A stretch of 64,000 bases of DNA, taken from positions 292,593 through 356,592 of the forward strand of contig JAAEQR010000142.1 in the NCBI GenBank assembly GCA_024231215.1, given 5' to 3'. A program made the translations under genes and the position numbers. The notes beneath the pieces were generated by a model. It was not told the origin of the DNA. It worked only from the letters and a program-made list of their open reading frames with translations, and did not search any database. Below, piece after piece: positions 39,958 through 49,736 of the stretch. Each line of letters opens with the position of its first letter. Within the stretch, counting starts at the first letter, position 1. Source of the stretch: PVC group bacterium. GTDB lineage: Bacteria > Omnitrophota > Gorgyraeia > B26-G9.

Positions 39958-41441
39958 TATTTTATTCTCAAAACTTTCTGCTTAATCACGTTAAAAATCT
40001 TTCCTTTATATTCCTGATACGTCTTCTTTTCCCCCGGTTTATAAAAACCACTCAGGTTCAATAATACAGGAAAACTGGATAATAGAATCAGCTTTATTCC
40101 TATAGTAAGACCTAAAGACATTCCTACAAATAATAAAGACGCAGTATAAATTAAAATAGTAATCGCCAAGATCTTAAATAATCGGTCAAATTCATAGTCC
40201 ACAGGATAAAATTTATGCGATATATACCAGGTAGCAGCACAATAAAATAAACTTGTTAATGCTACAGCGATTGCTGCTCCATAAAGCCCAAACATCGGGA
40301 TCAATACCCAGGCTGCACAAAAGATAATCGCTGCAGCTATTATCTTAATATATAGAATATACATTGTTTTCTTCTTAATCAACACTCCGGTTTGGAATAT
40401 ATACTGAAGCCCCCGAAAAATAACATGCAGCATAATAAACGGAACAACCTTATAAGCACTGCGATATTCCTCCGCGGACATAACCATCAATAACTCCCGG
40501 GAAAAAAGTGTAGCCGCTAAAGAGAAAAATATCAGTACATACGCAAAATAAGTCATTGTCCGTGCATATATCTGCTTAGAATTTTCCTCTTTCATTACCG
40601 CAAACCGGGAAGCCCCAAAGTTAGTATTAAATGGTTCAATTATTAGATACCTCACTGCAAGCCCAAATCTCCTACTTAACGCATACAATCCCAATGCGCT
40701 CAGCCCTGCATAGCGGCTTAATAAGACCCTGTCTGAATTCTGGATAACAATACCAAACAACGCAGATACTACTATCGGAAAACTATAATGCAATAATGCT
40801 TTTAACTTAGGCCAATGAAAATTAAAACCACACCATTTAAACGTAATTGTCGACAATACCAGCCAGACCACGGCAATACTGATCATATTACCGATCAAGA
40901 TTCCTTTGATCCCCATACGCAGTTTTAAAACCATAAACAGATTTAACCCTAACTGGAGAAACAACTGCAAAACCGCAATACTAATATAAAGCAATGACTT
41001 TTCTTTAGCACGTAAAAAGGCAAAACTGATCTCTTTAGATAATTCCATAACAACAATACAAAAAACAATATAAAATAATCCGGCAAATTTTTGAGTTCCA
41101 AAAACCAAATGGGACAACTGGTTCGTAAACCGGCCAAGACAAGCTAAAACAAGCGCGCAAGCTACAAAAGAGAAAATCATTGCCGTACTAATAACCCGTT
41201 TTCGCTCAATCTCTTCCTTATATTCAAAATAAAAACGCAAGGTAGCATGCGCAATCATCATGCCCAACAAGGCCCTTAATATTGCTGTAGTTACATGGAA
41301 CATCTCTAATGTTCCATATTCTGCCGGCATCAAAGCCCTGGTATATAGCGGCAGCAATATAAAAGACGCAACCCGGGTCAAGATATTACCGATTCCATAT
41401 AACGCTGAATGTTTTAGAAATTGTTTAAAATAATTAAACAT
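39957..41441 (-). CDS. Wzx-type oligosaccharide flippase
   Basis: LLPLYTR..EYG, DRVLL..LGLYA, LIPMFGLYGAA; many TMs. Confidence 0.9.
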   Translation of the reverse strand: MFNYFKQFLKHSALYGIGNILTRVASFILLPLYTRALMPAEYGTLEMFHVTTAILRALLGMMIAHATLRFYFEYKEEIERKRVISTAMIFSFVACALVLACLGRFTNQLSHLVFGTQKFAGLFYIVFCIVVMELSKEISFAFLRAKEKSLLYISIAVLQLFLQLGLNLFMVLKLRMGIKGILIGNMISIAVVWLVLSTITFKWCGFNFHWPKLKALLHYSFPIVVSALFGIVIQNSDRVLLSRYAGLSALGLYALSRRFGLAVRYLIIEPFNTNFGASRFAVMKEENSKQIYARTMTYFAYVLIFFSLAATLFSRELLMVMSAEEYRSAYKVVPFIMLHVIFRGLQYIFQTGVLIKKKTMYILYIKIIAAAIIFCAAWVLIPMFGLYGAAIAVALTSLFYCAATWYISHKFYPVDYEFDRLFKILAITILIYTASLLFVGMSLGLTIGIKLILLSSFPVLLNLSGFYKPGEKKTYQEYKGKIFNVIKQKVLRIK

Positions 41442-41447
41442 ATATTT

Positions 41448-42809
41448 TTATCCTATAGCTTCCAAGATTGCATCTATACAACTATAAACTTCCTGCTTAA
41501 GCCAGTGCTCTTTATGGGGCGGATTATCAGTAAACGTCTGCCCGTAACGCTGTACTACATGCTGCAGGAAAAACATTATCTGCAAAGGCAACATCATCTC
41601 TTTATCTAGTTCCAAACGCTGCATATAATTTTCAATTATTTCCTTTCCCCCTACTGTAAAATCCCCGGAAACAAATCTGTCTCTTAATATCATTAAGACA
41701 CTTCTATGTTTTAAAAAACTTTCGTTATAAATCAAAAGATAAAAAATATCCAATAACGGCAGTCCCTGCTGCCGGGACAAATCCCAATCTATAATTCCTT
41801 CAATTTTTGCATTCCGGGCATTAAAAAGAATATTTTCTATTTTATAGTCACCATGGAACCAAACACTCTTTATCTGCTTGCCCATCAAACGTTCCTCAAG
41901 CATCTTTCCAATTCGACTAAGCTTTTCTTTGTATAGATCATCAACATGTCTGATCAATCGTTCTAATTCACGCAAAAAGAAACGTTTTATACCCCCCTGA
42001 TTTAGAGTTATATCTTTTGCCGTTGTTAATTGAAATTCAGTTATAAAATCTATTGCGGCAAATACCCTGTTTTTTATATCTTTATGGCTGGGATCAATAC
42101 TCACCCCGGGAACCAGCCCTTCACAAAAAAACTGTTTTCCCTGAAACTCTATATTCTGCAAAAACCCAGGCGTAAAAGAAGAAATGCTTGTTTTCTTAAG
42201 CTGTGTCAACACTCGTTTATTCTGACGGCAGCGCAATATGCTTAGCCTATCTAAGGGCACCCGTACAACCATCTTCTTTGCAACAACAATCAAAGCATGC
42301 GGTTTTCCCAGTATAAAACGATGATCACATTCAATGTTATTGTCCCGCATAACCATCTCTAAACAACTTTCCAACTGTTCCGAAGCCTTTGCTGCAACAA
42401 TCAAGTATGCCGGCTGAAAATAAAAAAATAAGGAACTATTTATTAATTTTGCCTTGAGCAACCTTTTACCGCTTATACCTGATTCCGATAGAACATTTGT
42501 TCCCTTTTCACTAATCGAAACAATGTTTTCCAGACTATGGTTAATAACATATGTTTTAAAATGATTAAATCCTGATTGCGATAACATTTTCAGGACTCTA
42601 CTCAAAGAAAAAACACCGTCCTTAGACAGTCCCTTCCCCTTGAACAGTCTCCGGTATCCATATTTATTATTGAAAATAACACATAGTTGTTTTTCTTTAT
42701 CCAGATCAGCTATCTGATTTATGTCTTCTCCGACCAATACCTTAGTATCATTACCGGGAGAAAACAACCTGAACAATTCATTATTTACCGTGTTTTTTTT
42801 AGCACACAT
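41448..42809 (-). CDS. APH-like phosphotransferase with an N-terminal methyltransferase-remnant region
   Basis: FHGDYKIENIL, GIIDWD, GLPLLD. Confidence 0.75.
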   Translation of the reverse strand: MCAKKNTVNNELFRLFSPGNDTKVLVGEDINQIADLDKEKQLCVIFNNKYGYRRLFKGKGLSKDGVFSLSRVLKMLSQSGFNHFKTYVINHSLENIVSISEKGTNVLSESGISGKRLLKAKLINSSLFFYFQPAYLIVAAKASEQLESCLEMVMRDNNIECDHRFILGKPHALIVVAKKMVVRVPLDRLSILRCRQNKRVLTQLKKTSISSFTPGFLQNIEFQGKQFFCEGLVPGVSIDPSHKDIKNRVFAAIDFITEFQLTTAKDITLNQGGIKRFFLRELERLIRHVDDLYKEKLSRIGKMLEERLMGKQIKSVWFHGDYKIENILFNARNAKIEGIIDWDLSRQQGLPLLDIFYLLIYNESFLKHRSVLMILRDRFVSGDFTVGGKEIIENYMQRLELDKEMMLPLQIMFFLQHVVQRYGQTFTDNPPHKEHWLKQEVYSCIDAILEAIG

Positions 42810-44910
42810 AACGATAATTCCGTAATTTCTTTATATCTTCCATCTGGCAGTCGTCTTCCACAGCTTTTATTATATTCACCATTTCCCGAGCACTCACATA
42901 ATGTGTTTTATATTTTATTCCGTCATTATAATTTTCCTGAAAAAAAGAATACAACTTATCCAGGCCTTCATCTAATAAATAATTCATATTTTTTTCCTGG
43001 CAACCATGTGTATATAGCTTGATAAATACGTATTCCGGCTTATTCTTAATATGCACATTTGCCGCTATCCATAAACGCATTCTTTCCGGAGTAATAAAAT
43101 CACCCCTGCCAATAGATCCGTTTTCAATCCGCGGCATAACCCCCATTTTTCTATTTTTCCAGTTAAGCATTAATGGCCCCTGAACCATCAATAATCCAGG
43201 ACAGCTTCTCCTGCCTTTTTTTGCATCTCTTCCTGAATTATGTGATTTGGGCTCATCCGGATTATCTACTGCATAATAAATACTATTTATTTTAAACGTC
43301 TGGGTCGGATCCGGAGCCGAAGGCATAGTAAAATCAGCATAACAACCAGTCTCCTGTAAAATAGAAATCTCATTGTTTATACCACACCATCTTCCGTCCG
43401 GCCTTGAATTATCCAAACACCAATTACCATGAATAAATCCATATTTTATTTCTCCGGTCTGTTTGTCTTTTGACAACAATCCGTATTTATCTCTCAAAGT
43501 ATCTCTAAACCCATTTATTGTTTTACGCAGATTATCTGCGGTATCATTATTATGATGTAAATGTATTTCAACTTCTCCATATTTTTTTCTACAGATATCT
43601 GTCAGCATCTCCATATATTCATGCCGGTATTCTTCTTCCGGATAAAAGAAAGAATATTTCGGACTACATCCATCTGCATCTTTGTATTTTTCAGCAATGC
43701 GAGGATATTTTTCACGCCAATTCTTCATCCTATCTAAACCGGTTCTTGCATCAGCCGCGCCCCATAAAGGCTCAAAATGATCGCACACCGACAAAAACAC
43801 ATGTTTTGTTTTTGATACATCAGGACGTTTACTTCTTTTAATAATCCCAAATGCATAATTAATAAGCCACGGTTGCATTTTTTCCGTTTGCTTATATATT
43901 TTTTTATATAGATCAGTAATCCCGGCTATCTTGACAGTAAAAACCCGAAAGTCTTCAAAAGTAAATCCTTTTCTGTTTAAAGCATAAATCTTTGTGCTGT
44001 TATTCTGCTCTTCGTAATTAACCGTGCAAGCCGATTCATATCCGGAATCCCTGACGATATGTGTCAATTCCGCATTATAGTCTCCGTTAGGATAAGCAAA
44101 ATGCCTTACCTCTGTCCCAAGCTTTTCCTCCAGAATCTGCTTTGACTTTACAATCTCCTCTTTTGCCTGTTCAGAAGATATCTTTGTCAGAATCGGATGA
44201 GTAATACTATGGGCCCCAATCTCAACTAATCCGGATTGCTGCATCTGCTTAATCTCTTCCCAATTAAGCATCAATCTCTTTTCAAGTAGCTTATCTTTAT
44301 CCACTTCCAGCATGGACAATATTTTATCCAGCATAATTATTTTTTCTTTGTTGTCCATGGCTTTAAGCCTGCTACACATATCCACATACACTTTTTTACG
44401 TTCACCAACAGAACTCAGCAAATATTTATTGCCCCATAACTCCAATTCTGTTTTTTTAGTTTTTGCTACAGCATAATTAAGCTGGTCATACCATAAAATA
44501 TTCTTATCATTAATTGAATCAGTTGTCACAAAGACAGTCGCCGGCACACGATATTTCTTTAAAATCGGTAATACCCGTTCATAATTACATCTATACCCAT
44601 CGTCAAAAGTAAGAACTATACAATCCTCAGGAATTTTACCTGACTTTATATACCCCAACGCCTGCGATAAAGAAATAAATTGATATTGTTTACTCAAATA
44701 CTTTATCCTTTGCTCAAATTCTTCCACATTAAAATGCTCAAGCATTTTTAATAAAGGATATATTTCATCTTCGGAGCAGACAATTCTATGAGTAAACAAT
44801 ATTACAATCTGATTACCTAATATCTTTTGTCTCAGCCGGCGCAAGATGAAAATTATCCCCGTAGCGGTTACAAACAAGTAAAATATTGATTTGATAATTT
44901 TTTTAAACAT
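42799..44910 (-). CDS. Polysaccharide deacetylase (NodB) fused to a second putative metal-dependent barrel domain
   Basis: LTFDDGY, GAHSITHP, FAYPNG; second half CDHFEP, EIHLHH, FIHGNW, KLYTHG. Confidence 0.78.
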   Translation of the reverse strand: MFKKIIKSIFYLFVTATGIIFILRRLRQKILGNQIVILFTHRIVCSEDEIYPLLKMLEHFNVEEFEQRIKYLSKQYQFISLSQALGYIKSGKIPEDCIVLTFDDGYRCNYERVLPILKKYRVPATVFVTTDSINDKNILWYDQLNYAVAKTKKTELELWGNKYLLSSVGERKKVYVDMCSRLKAMDNKEKIIMLDKILSMLEVDKDKLLEKRLMLNWEEIKQMQQSGLVEIGAHSITHPILTKISSEQAKEEIVKSKQILEEKLGTEVRHFAYPNGDYNAELTHIVRDSGYESACTVNYEEQNNSTKIYALNRKGFTFEDFRVFTVKIAGITDLYKKIYKQTEKMQPWLINYAFGIIKRSKRPDVSKTKHVFLSVCDHFEPLWGAADARTGLDRMKNWREKYPRIAEKYKDADGCSPKYSFFYPEEEYRHEYMEMLTDICRKKYGEVEIHLHHNNDTADNLRKTINGFRDTLRDKYGLLSKDKQTGEIKYGFIHGNWCLDNSRPDGRWCGINNEISILQETGCYADFTMPSAPDPTQTFKINSIYYAVDNPDEPKSHNSGRDAKKGRRSCPGLLMVQGPLMLNWKNRKMGVMPRIENGSIGRGDFITPERMRLWIAANVHIKNKPEYVFIKLYTHGCQEKNMNYLLDEGLDKLYSFFQENYNDGIKYKTHYVSAREMVNIIKAVEDDCQMEDIKKLRNYRYVC

Positions 44911-44919
44911 ACCTTTTAA

Positions 44920-46221
44920 CTAACCTTGTTTATTAAAATCAAACTTTTTCACATTCATCTTTGCCTCATCCAGAGTTCCAATCCCTTGAGCATGGCACAA
45001 CTCCAAATACTTACGAAATGGACCATTTCTATCATCAGGATCATTTAAATGAGATACTCGACCGCCCAAAGGATATAAAATATTCTTTGCCCCGTAATAA
45101 TCAAGAGCAACAGGGTCTGTACTGGCAATAATTGCCTTGGGCTTTGCCGCAAGATCAGTATCTGTTCTCGATCCAAACCCAACCCATTCTGCGGTAACAA
45201 TATTTAAATCTGCTTTTCTAATTGTATTCATAAAAGTCCCAACCGCTCCGCCTAAACCAGGAATCCCAATATAATGAAAATTATGATAGCCTTGGGGCTC
45301 TACGCCCTGATAGCCACAAGTCATATCTACAACACCCAGATAATTTTTCACCGAACTGGTAACTCCGGCAAAATCACTATGGTGATTTAATACCGCAAAA
45401 TTAATAAATTTAACCGGCTGTCCGGTATATTTTCCATTCTTCCAAGCACCGTTTTTAAAATCTATGCGGACACCGCTATAAGCAGATGTAAATATCGGAT
45501 AAGACATTTTTGTCTTTTTCCCAGCATAAGTAAATTCTATATCCGTCCATACATATCCATCGCCTTCTCGCGGATGAGAAATAGTTTTTCTTTCACGGTA
45601 CCCTTTAATTTTTTTAACCAGCTCTTTTATCGGTCGCAAAACTTTAGCTTTCAAAGTATCATCCAAACCAAAAGGACCGCCGTTAATCCAATGATATTTT
45701 GTTACATTAGCATGACCTTTATCCTGGAAATAATCAATTAGTTCATTATAGTTATAATCTCCATTTCTCATCTGGGTATTCCAGCCCCTAATATTGCAGG
45801 TGTTTTTAGGACCATAACAATGATGATTTTCAGCGATAATCACTTCGCCTTTAAACCCAGGAATAGCCAAAACCAATTCAATAAACATCTTCATGGAGTT
45901 AGTATTTGTCATTCCCTGATTCCACCACTGAGCATTTGGTTTTATGACCACAATATCCTCCTTGCCAATACTGCGCTCAATTCCACCCATCATCTCTATA
46001 ACCTTAGCTGTATTCTGCTCAGGAGTCCCATTCTGTGCGTGATATATGTCCGATCTATCCTCATCTTGCATTGGAACGGAATCTTTTATTTTTTCAGGAG
46101 AATCCATAACGATATCCTTCCCTTTAACTATCTTGGCTAAAAAGGCAATACCTAAAAAAGCGGTGAGTGTAACACTCACCTTCTTTATAAATTCTCTTCT
46201 TGTAATTCGATTAAACATCAT
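44920..46221 (-). CDS. Tat-exported DUF362 family protein
   Basis: TRREFIK twin-arginine signal; VVIKPN, SVKNYLG, STDPVALD; start moved to the ATG at 46221. Confidence 0.75.
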   Translation of the reverse strand: MMFNRITRREFIKKVSVTLTAFLGIAFLAKIVKGKDIVMDSPEKIKDSVPMQDEDRSDIYHAQNGTPEQNTAKVIEMMGGIERSIGKEDIVVIKPNAQWWNQGMTNTNSMKMFIELVLAIPGFKGEVIIAENHHCYGPKNTCNIRGWNTQMRNGDYNYNELIDYFQDKGHANVTKYHWINGGPFGLDDTLKAKVLRPIKELVKKIKGYRERKTISHPREGDGYVWTDIEFTYAGKKTKMSYPIFTSAYSGVRIDFKNGAWKNGKYTGQPVKFINFAVLNHHSDFAGVTSSVKNYLGVVDMTCGYQGVEPQGYHNFHYIGIPGLGGAVGTFMNTIRKADLNIVTAEWVGFGSRTDTDLAAKPKAIIASTDPVALDYYGAKNILYPLGGRVSHLNDPDDRNGPFRKYLELCHAQGIGTLDEAKMNVKKFDFNKQG

Positions 46222-47260
46222 TATCCCCCATAAAAAAATACCAGTTTTCTTCGTTAGACACCAAAGATTTAAATGAATCGTCAAGACAATACATTAATAT
46301 ACTCATACCAGCCTCATCTCTTTTGACAAAAGAAAATGATTTCAGCTTTTCCTTTATCCGGGGACTCCCAAAACAACTGACTGAAACCGCATCACCTTTT
46401 TCTTTTCTAACAAAAGATATAAACTCAGCTAACAATTTCTTCACTGACACATCATAGTCTAAAGCGAACATATCAAAGATATGAAAAACATTGTTTTCAA
46501 TCAAAAAAACTACATACCCTATTTTTTTGTTATCCTTATTACTTAAAGAAAATATTTTATACTTTCCAGCTGCAGGCTGGTACCTCCAGTTTAAAAACTG
46601 AGAGGATCTTCTTTCCACTAATTTAAATGGATATTCCGCATTCTGCCACAACTCATCAAAGCCAGCATCAAAAGAACTGATCAATTCAGCTTTAAGCCCT
46701 GATTTATTTATAAATGCTCTTTCTTTACTAAAAATAGCTATGAAAAAATCTAATACCGCAGCAGCAATCTTCCTAAGCACCGTGATTTTAATAATTTTCT
46801 TTAATTTATATTCAGTTCTAAGCAATTTTACAAAACGCCCCATTGTACCAATCTTCTGATATCCCACTCTTAACATCAACGCTTCCGCAGCTTTATTCGG
46901 CAAACAGATAACAAAATTCACCCCATTGTTCTTGGCATCTTCTAGAACTGTTTTTTCTAATTTTAAAGCCGGGCCAAAAGCCCGGTGCGCTTTATCTACA
47001 GCAATATCACCAGCAATCGCAACTTTAATGTCCTTGCCTTCGTGCCTCATGAATCGAGGAAATAACGATACCGTTCCCACAGCCGTACTACCTTTACTTT
47101 CATCTCTGGCAATAAAACAACTCTTATGATCACCTAAACACTGTGTATACTTCCATTCATACCAATCCTGAGAATGTTCACCCAGATTCCGATCAATAAC
47201 TCCCTTTATATCGTTCTTATCATTATCAATATCTGCTTTAACTATCGTGTATTTAGACAT
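46211..47260 (-). CDS. GNAT-family acyltransferase (two GNAT folds)
   Basis: WYEWKY, DIAVDKAHR, LPN, RSSQFLNWRY. Confidence 0.78.
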   Translation of the reverse strand: MSKYTIVKADIDNDKNDIKGVIDRNLGEHSQDWYEWKYTQCLGDHKSCFIARDESKGSTAVGTVSLFPRFMRHEGKDIKVAIAGDIAVDKAHRAFGPALKLEKTVLEDAKNNGVNFVICLPNKAAEALMLRVGYQKIGTMGRFVKLLRTEYKLKKIIKITVLRKIAAAVLDFFIAIFSKERAFINKSGLKAELISSFDAGFDELWQNAEYPFKLVERRSSQFLNWRYQPAAGKYKIFSLSNKDNKKIGYVVFLIENNVFHIFDMFALDYDVSVKKLLAEFISFVRKEKGDAVSVSCFGSPRIKEKLKSFSFVKRDEAGMSILMYCLDDSFKSLVSNEENWYFFMGDNDV

Positions 47261-47267
47261 AATATTT

Positions 47268-48269
47268 TTACTCTAGGCTCGCCGGCATATGCCGCAGGTG
47301 TTTAGTTGTATTATACTTAGAAGTAAAATCCCGAAACGCTCTTTTGACCTGAACCTCTGTTAACCCCATAACTTCACAAACTTTTGACATATCAACTTTA
47401 TTTTCCCATGCATACAGCAACGGATCTAATTTATCAAAATCCATGCGGAAATAAAATTCCTGATCACTTACAGGCAAACTAAAGGTATCCGGACTTGGCG
47501 CACGCTCTATTATCTCTCTTATTATCCCCAGATATTCAGCAAGCTGATAACCCTGACTTTTATAAGAATGTGCCAAAGGTTCAATATCTACACCCCCGTC
47601 ACCATATTTAACAAAATCACCTTCTAAAGTTTCCGTTTTATTTGTTGTGCCACACACTATATAATTCTTCTTTTCCGCATAATAATAAAGCGTTAGCATT
47701 CTAGTTCTATGCTTCATATTCGTAGCAGCAACAATACCATTTAAAGATTCTTTTTTAAGCCGCGCTGTTTTTACATTACCCGATCCGTCATCCATATTAA
47801 GTGTAAAAAAATTAAATGCGTCTTTTTCCAGAAGATCCGGCGGCAATGTAATTTTAGTACGACACTGTTCATTATATTCAGGAAATATAGATCTTATTAC
47901 TTCATCCCTTTTTTCGTATGCACCTATCTGTTCTAACGCCCGGGTAATATCAACTGTCTCTGTCTCTATTCCCAGTTCTTTGGCGTGTTTTTCAGCGTAT
48001 TCAGCACTGATCGGATTAGACTCCCGTTCCGGCAAGATCAATCCAAATACCCGCTCTTTACCTAATGATCTTACAGATAATGCAGCAGCTAAAGCAGAAT
48101 CAATCCCGCCGCTTAATCCGACAATTACCCCTTCTTTTTTCCTCTCCCGCACCTGTTCTAAAATAAAGTTACTAATACGATCCGCTTCTTTTTCACAATT
48201 AATCTTCAAAATATCTTTATTAAAATCCATTGGTCGCTTCGCTCCTTCCGATGTGTTAATCATTTTCAA
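47268..48269 (-). CDS. nadE: NH3-dependent NAD synthetase-like amide ligase inside the EPS operon
   Basis: GLSGGIDS, NMKHRTRM, GTTNKTE, KYGDGGVD, PSPD. Confidence 0.75.
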   Translation of the reverse strand: MKMINTSEGAKRPMDFNKDILKINCEKEADRISNFILEQVRERKKEGVIVGLSGGIDSALAAALSVRSLGKERVFGLILPERESNPISAEYAEKHAKELGIETETVDITRALEQIGAYEKRDEVIRSIFPEYNEQCRTKITLPPDLLEKDAFNFFTLNMDDGSGNVKTARLKKESLNGIVAATNMKHRTRMLTLYYYAEKKNYIVCGTTNKTETLEGDFVKYGDGGVDIEPLAHSYKSQGYQLAEYLGIIREIIERAPSPDTFSLPVSDQEFYFRMDFDKLDPLLYAWENKVDMSKVCEVMGLTEVQVKRAFRDFTSKYNTTKHLRHMPASLE

Positions 48270-49261
48270 GTTATTTCCAATTTTTTCTTCGCGTATTCCA
48301 CGGTAGCGTTAATACCCGGCTCGTTAATTTTTTCCAACCCAAGCTCACGGCTCATAACCCCGCTTCTAACCATCTCTGCAATCTCAAACGCATACGGATG
48401 AAAACCATACTTATCAATATGCACATGATTCGCAAATGAATTCAAAAGACAGTTAGTGGAGTTTTTATCCACATCTTTCGGAGACCTCCAACCTAATTCT
48501 CTGATCTTTGCCACAATTTTATGCTCATCATATTCCATGAACGCAAGAGGACTTACGTTATAAGGAAACGCTTCTTTATTTTTAAAATGATCCTCACTTA
48601 AAAAGTAACGGTTTATTTCCTCACCAGCTATATCCGCCATCGGCTTCCTCAATACTTCTTGAGTTGTTTTAAATAATGCTGCATTAATCTTCATTATTGA
48701 AGATCTGATTGGTGCCTGCCCCGGAGACCATCCCCAGGCCATAAGCGGAATTTTTTTCTCGATAGCTACTTTTAAAAATATAAATTTCACTAACCCGATA
48801 CAGGAAGTACACATAGTACTAGCCCGCTCCAGAGTTTTAGGTGAATACATCGGATTTTCTACTGAATGCCGGAATATTTTCTTAAGCAAACTAAAATCCG
48901 GTTTAAAAATAAGACTATCCACCCCGATAGTTTCTGTAACCGTACGAATATTAGCAAAAGACTGTTCTGAAATAAAACCATTGTCCAAGACTAATGCCAA
49001 TACTTTTAATTTAAAAATCTCTTTAAGCACATAAAGCGTATATGTGCTGTCTTTACCTCCTGAATAAGAAACCGTACAATCATACTCGCCTTTACCCTTT
49101 ACCTGCTCTAGTAATTCTTTAAATTTATTAAAATAAGTTTCTTTTTCTTCTTTAAGTTTCTCATTTCCTTTAAATTTTAAACAGTAATTGCAAACTCCAT
49201 TCTCATTAAATTTTATTCCCGGGAAAGTTTCCGGCAAAACACAGTTAGTACAGCGTCGCAT
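48266..49261 (-). CDS. PP-loop N-acetyl-sugar amidotransferase-like protein
   Basis: CTNCVLP..GVCNYC, SYSGGKDS, CTSC, STNC. Confidence 0.75.
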   Translation of the reverse strand: MRRCTNCVLPETFPGIKFNENGVCNYCLKFKGNEKLKEEKETYFNKFKELLEQVKGKGEYDCTVSYSGGKDSTYTLYVLKEIFKLKVLALVLDNGFISEQSFANIRTVTETIGVDSLIFKPDFSLLKKIFRHSVENPMYSPKTLERASTMCTSCIGLVKFIFLKVAIEKKIPLMAWGWSPGQAPIRSSIMKINAALFKTTQEVLRKPMADIAGEEINRYFLSEDHFKNKEAFPYNVSPLAFMEYDEHKIVAKIRELGWRSPKDVDKNSTNCLLNSFANHVHIDKYGFHPYAFEIAEMVRSGVMSRELGLEKINEPGINATVEYAKKKLEIT

Positions 49262-49278
49262 AATTCGCTCCTTGTACA

Positions 49279-49327
49279 GCTAATAGCTCATGGCTGATAG
49301 CTTATGGTTAATGGCCTATAGTTAAAA
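49279..49327. repeat. 7-mer tandem array (GCTNATR) downstream of the four-helix-bundle gene
   Basis: gctaata gctcatg gctgata gcttatg gttaatg gcctata gttaaaa. Confidence 0.85.
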
Positions 49328-49329
49328 AA

Positions 49330-49686
49330 CTATCGTTTTAAAGTATTTCTAAAAGCATGTAGCATTTTAGAAATGCCTTCACATCTGTTATACAAATTAT
49401 CAAATTCCATTTTGCTAATATATTTTTGCTCTAACGTTATATAGAGTAACGTTACCACCTCATTTAAAGAGCCTATTGCAATTTGAATAAACCTTGAAAA
49501 ATCATTATTTGAACGTCTGCCTTCTCCTTCAGCAATATTCAAGCTTATTGAAACTGCCGCCCGATTTAATTGACTAGTTAATCCAAACTGTTCAGCTTTA
49601 GGGAATTTTCTTGTCACCTCATAAATCTCTTTTGCAAATTTAACTGCCTCTTCCCATACTTTCAATTTTTCAAACTTAAATGCCAT
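49330..49686 (-). CDS. Four helix bundle protein (23S rRNA IVS protein / Avd-like fold)
   Basis: FEKLKVWE, FPKAEQFGLTSQLNRAAVSISLNIAEG, IAIGSLNE. Confidence 0.92.
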   Translation of the reverse strand: MAFKFEKLKVWEEAVKFAKEIYEVTRKFPKAEQFGLTSQLNRAAVSISLNIAEGEGRRSNNDFSRFIQIAIGSLNEVVTLLYITLEQKYISKMEFDNLYNRCEGISKMLHAFRNTLKR

Positions 49687-49701
49687 AATATTATATTTTT
49701 C

Positions 49702-49736
49702 TGTCGACCATCAGCTATTAACTATTAGCCATTAGC
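49702..49736. repeat. Inverted 7-mer tandem array (YATNAGC) upstream of the four-helix-bundle gene
   Basis: tgtcgac catcagc tattaac tattagc cattagc; overlaps the stop codon of the ligase gene. Confidence 0.85.

Noticed and set aside
49330-49686. Diversity-generating retroelement (Avd-like gene)
   Set aside because: No reverse transcriptase and no TR/VR pair with adenine-specific differences was seen in the window
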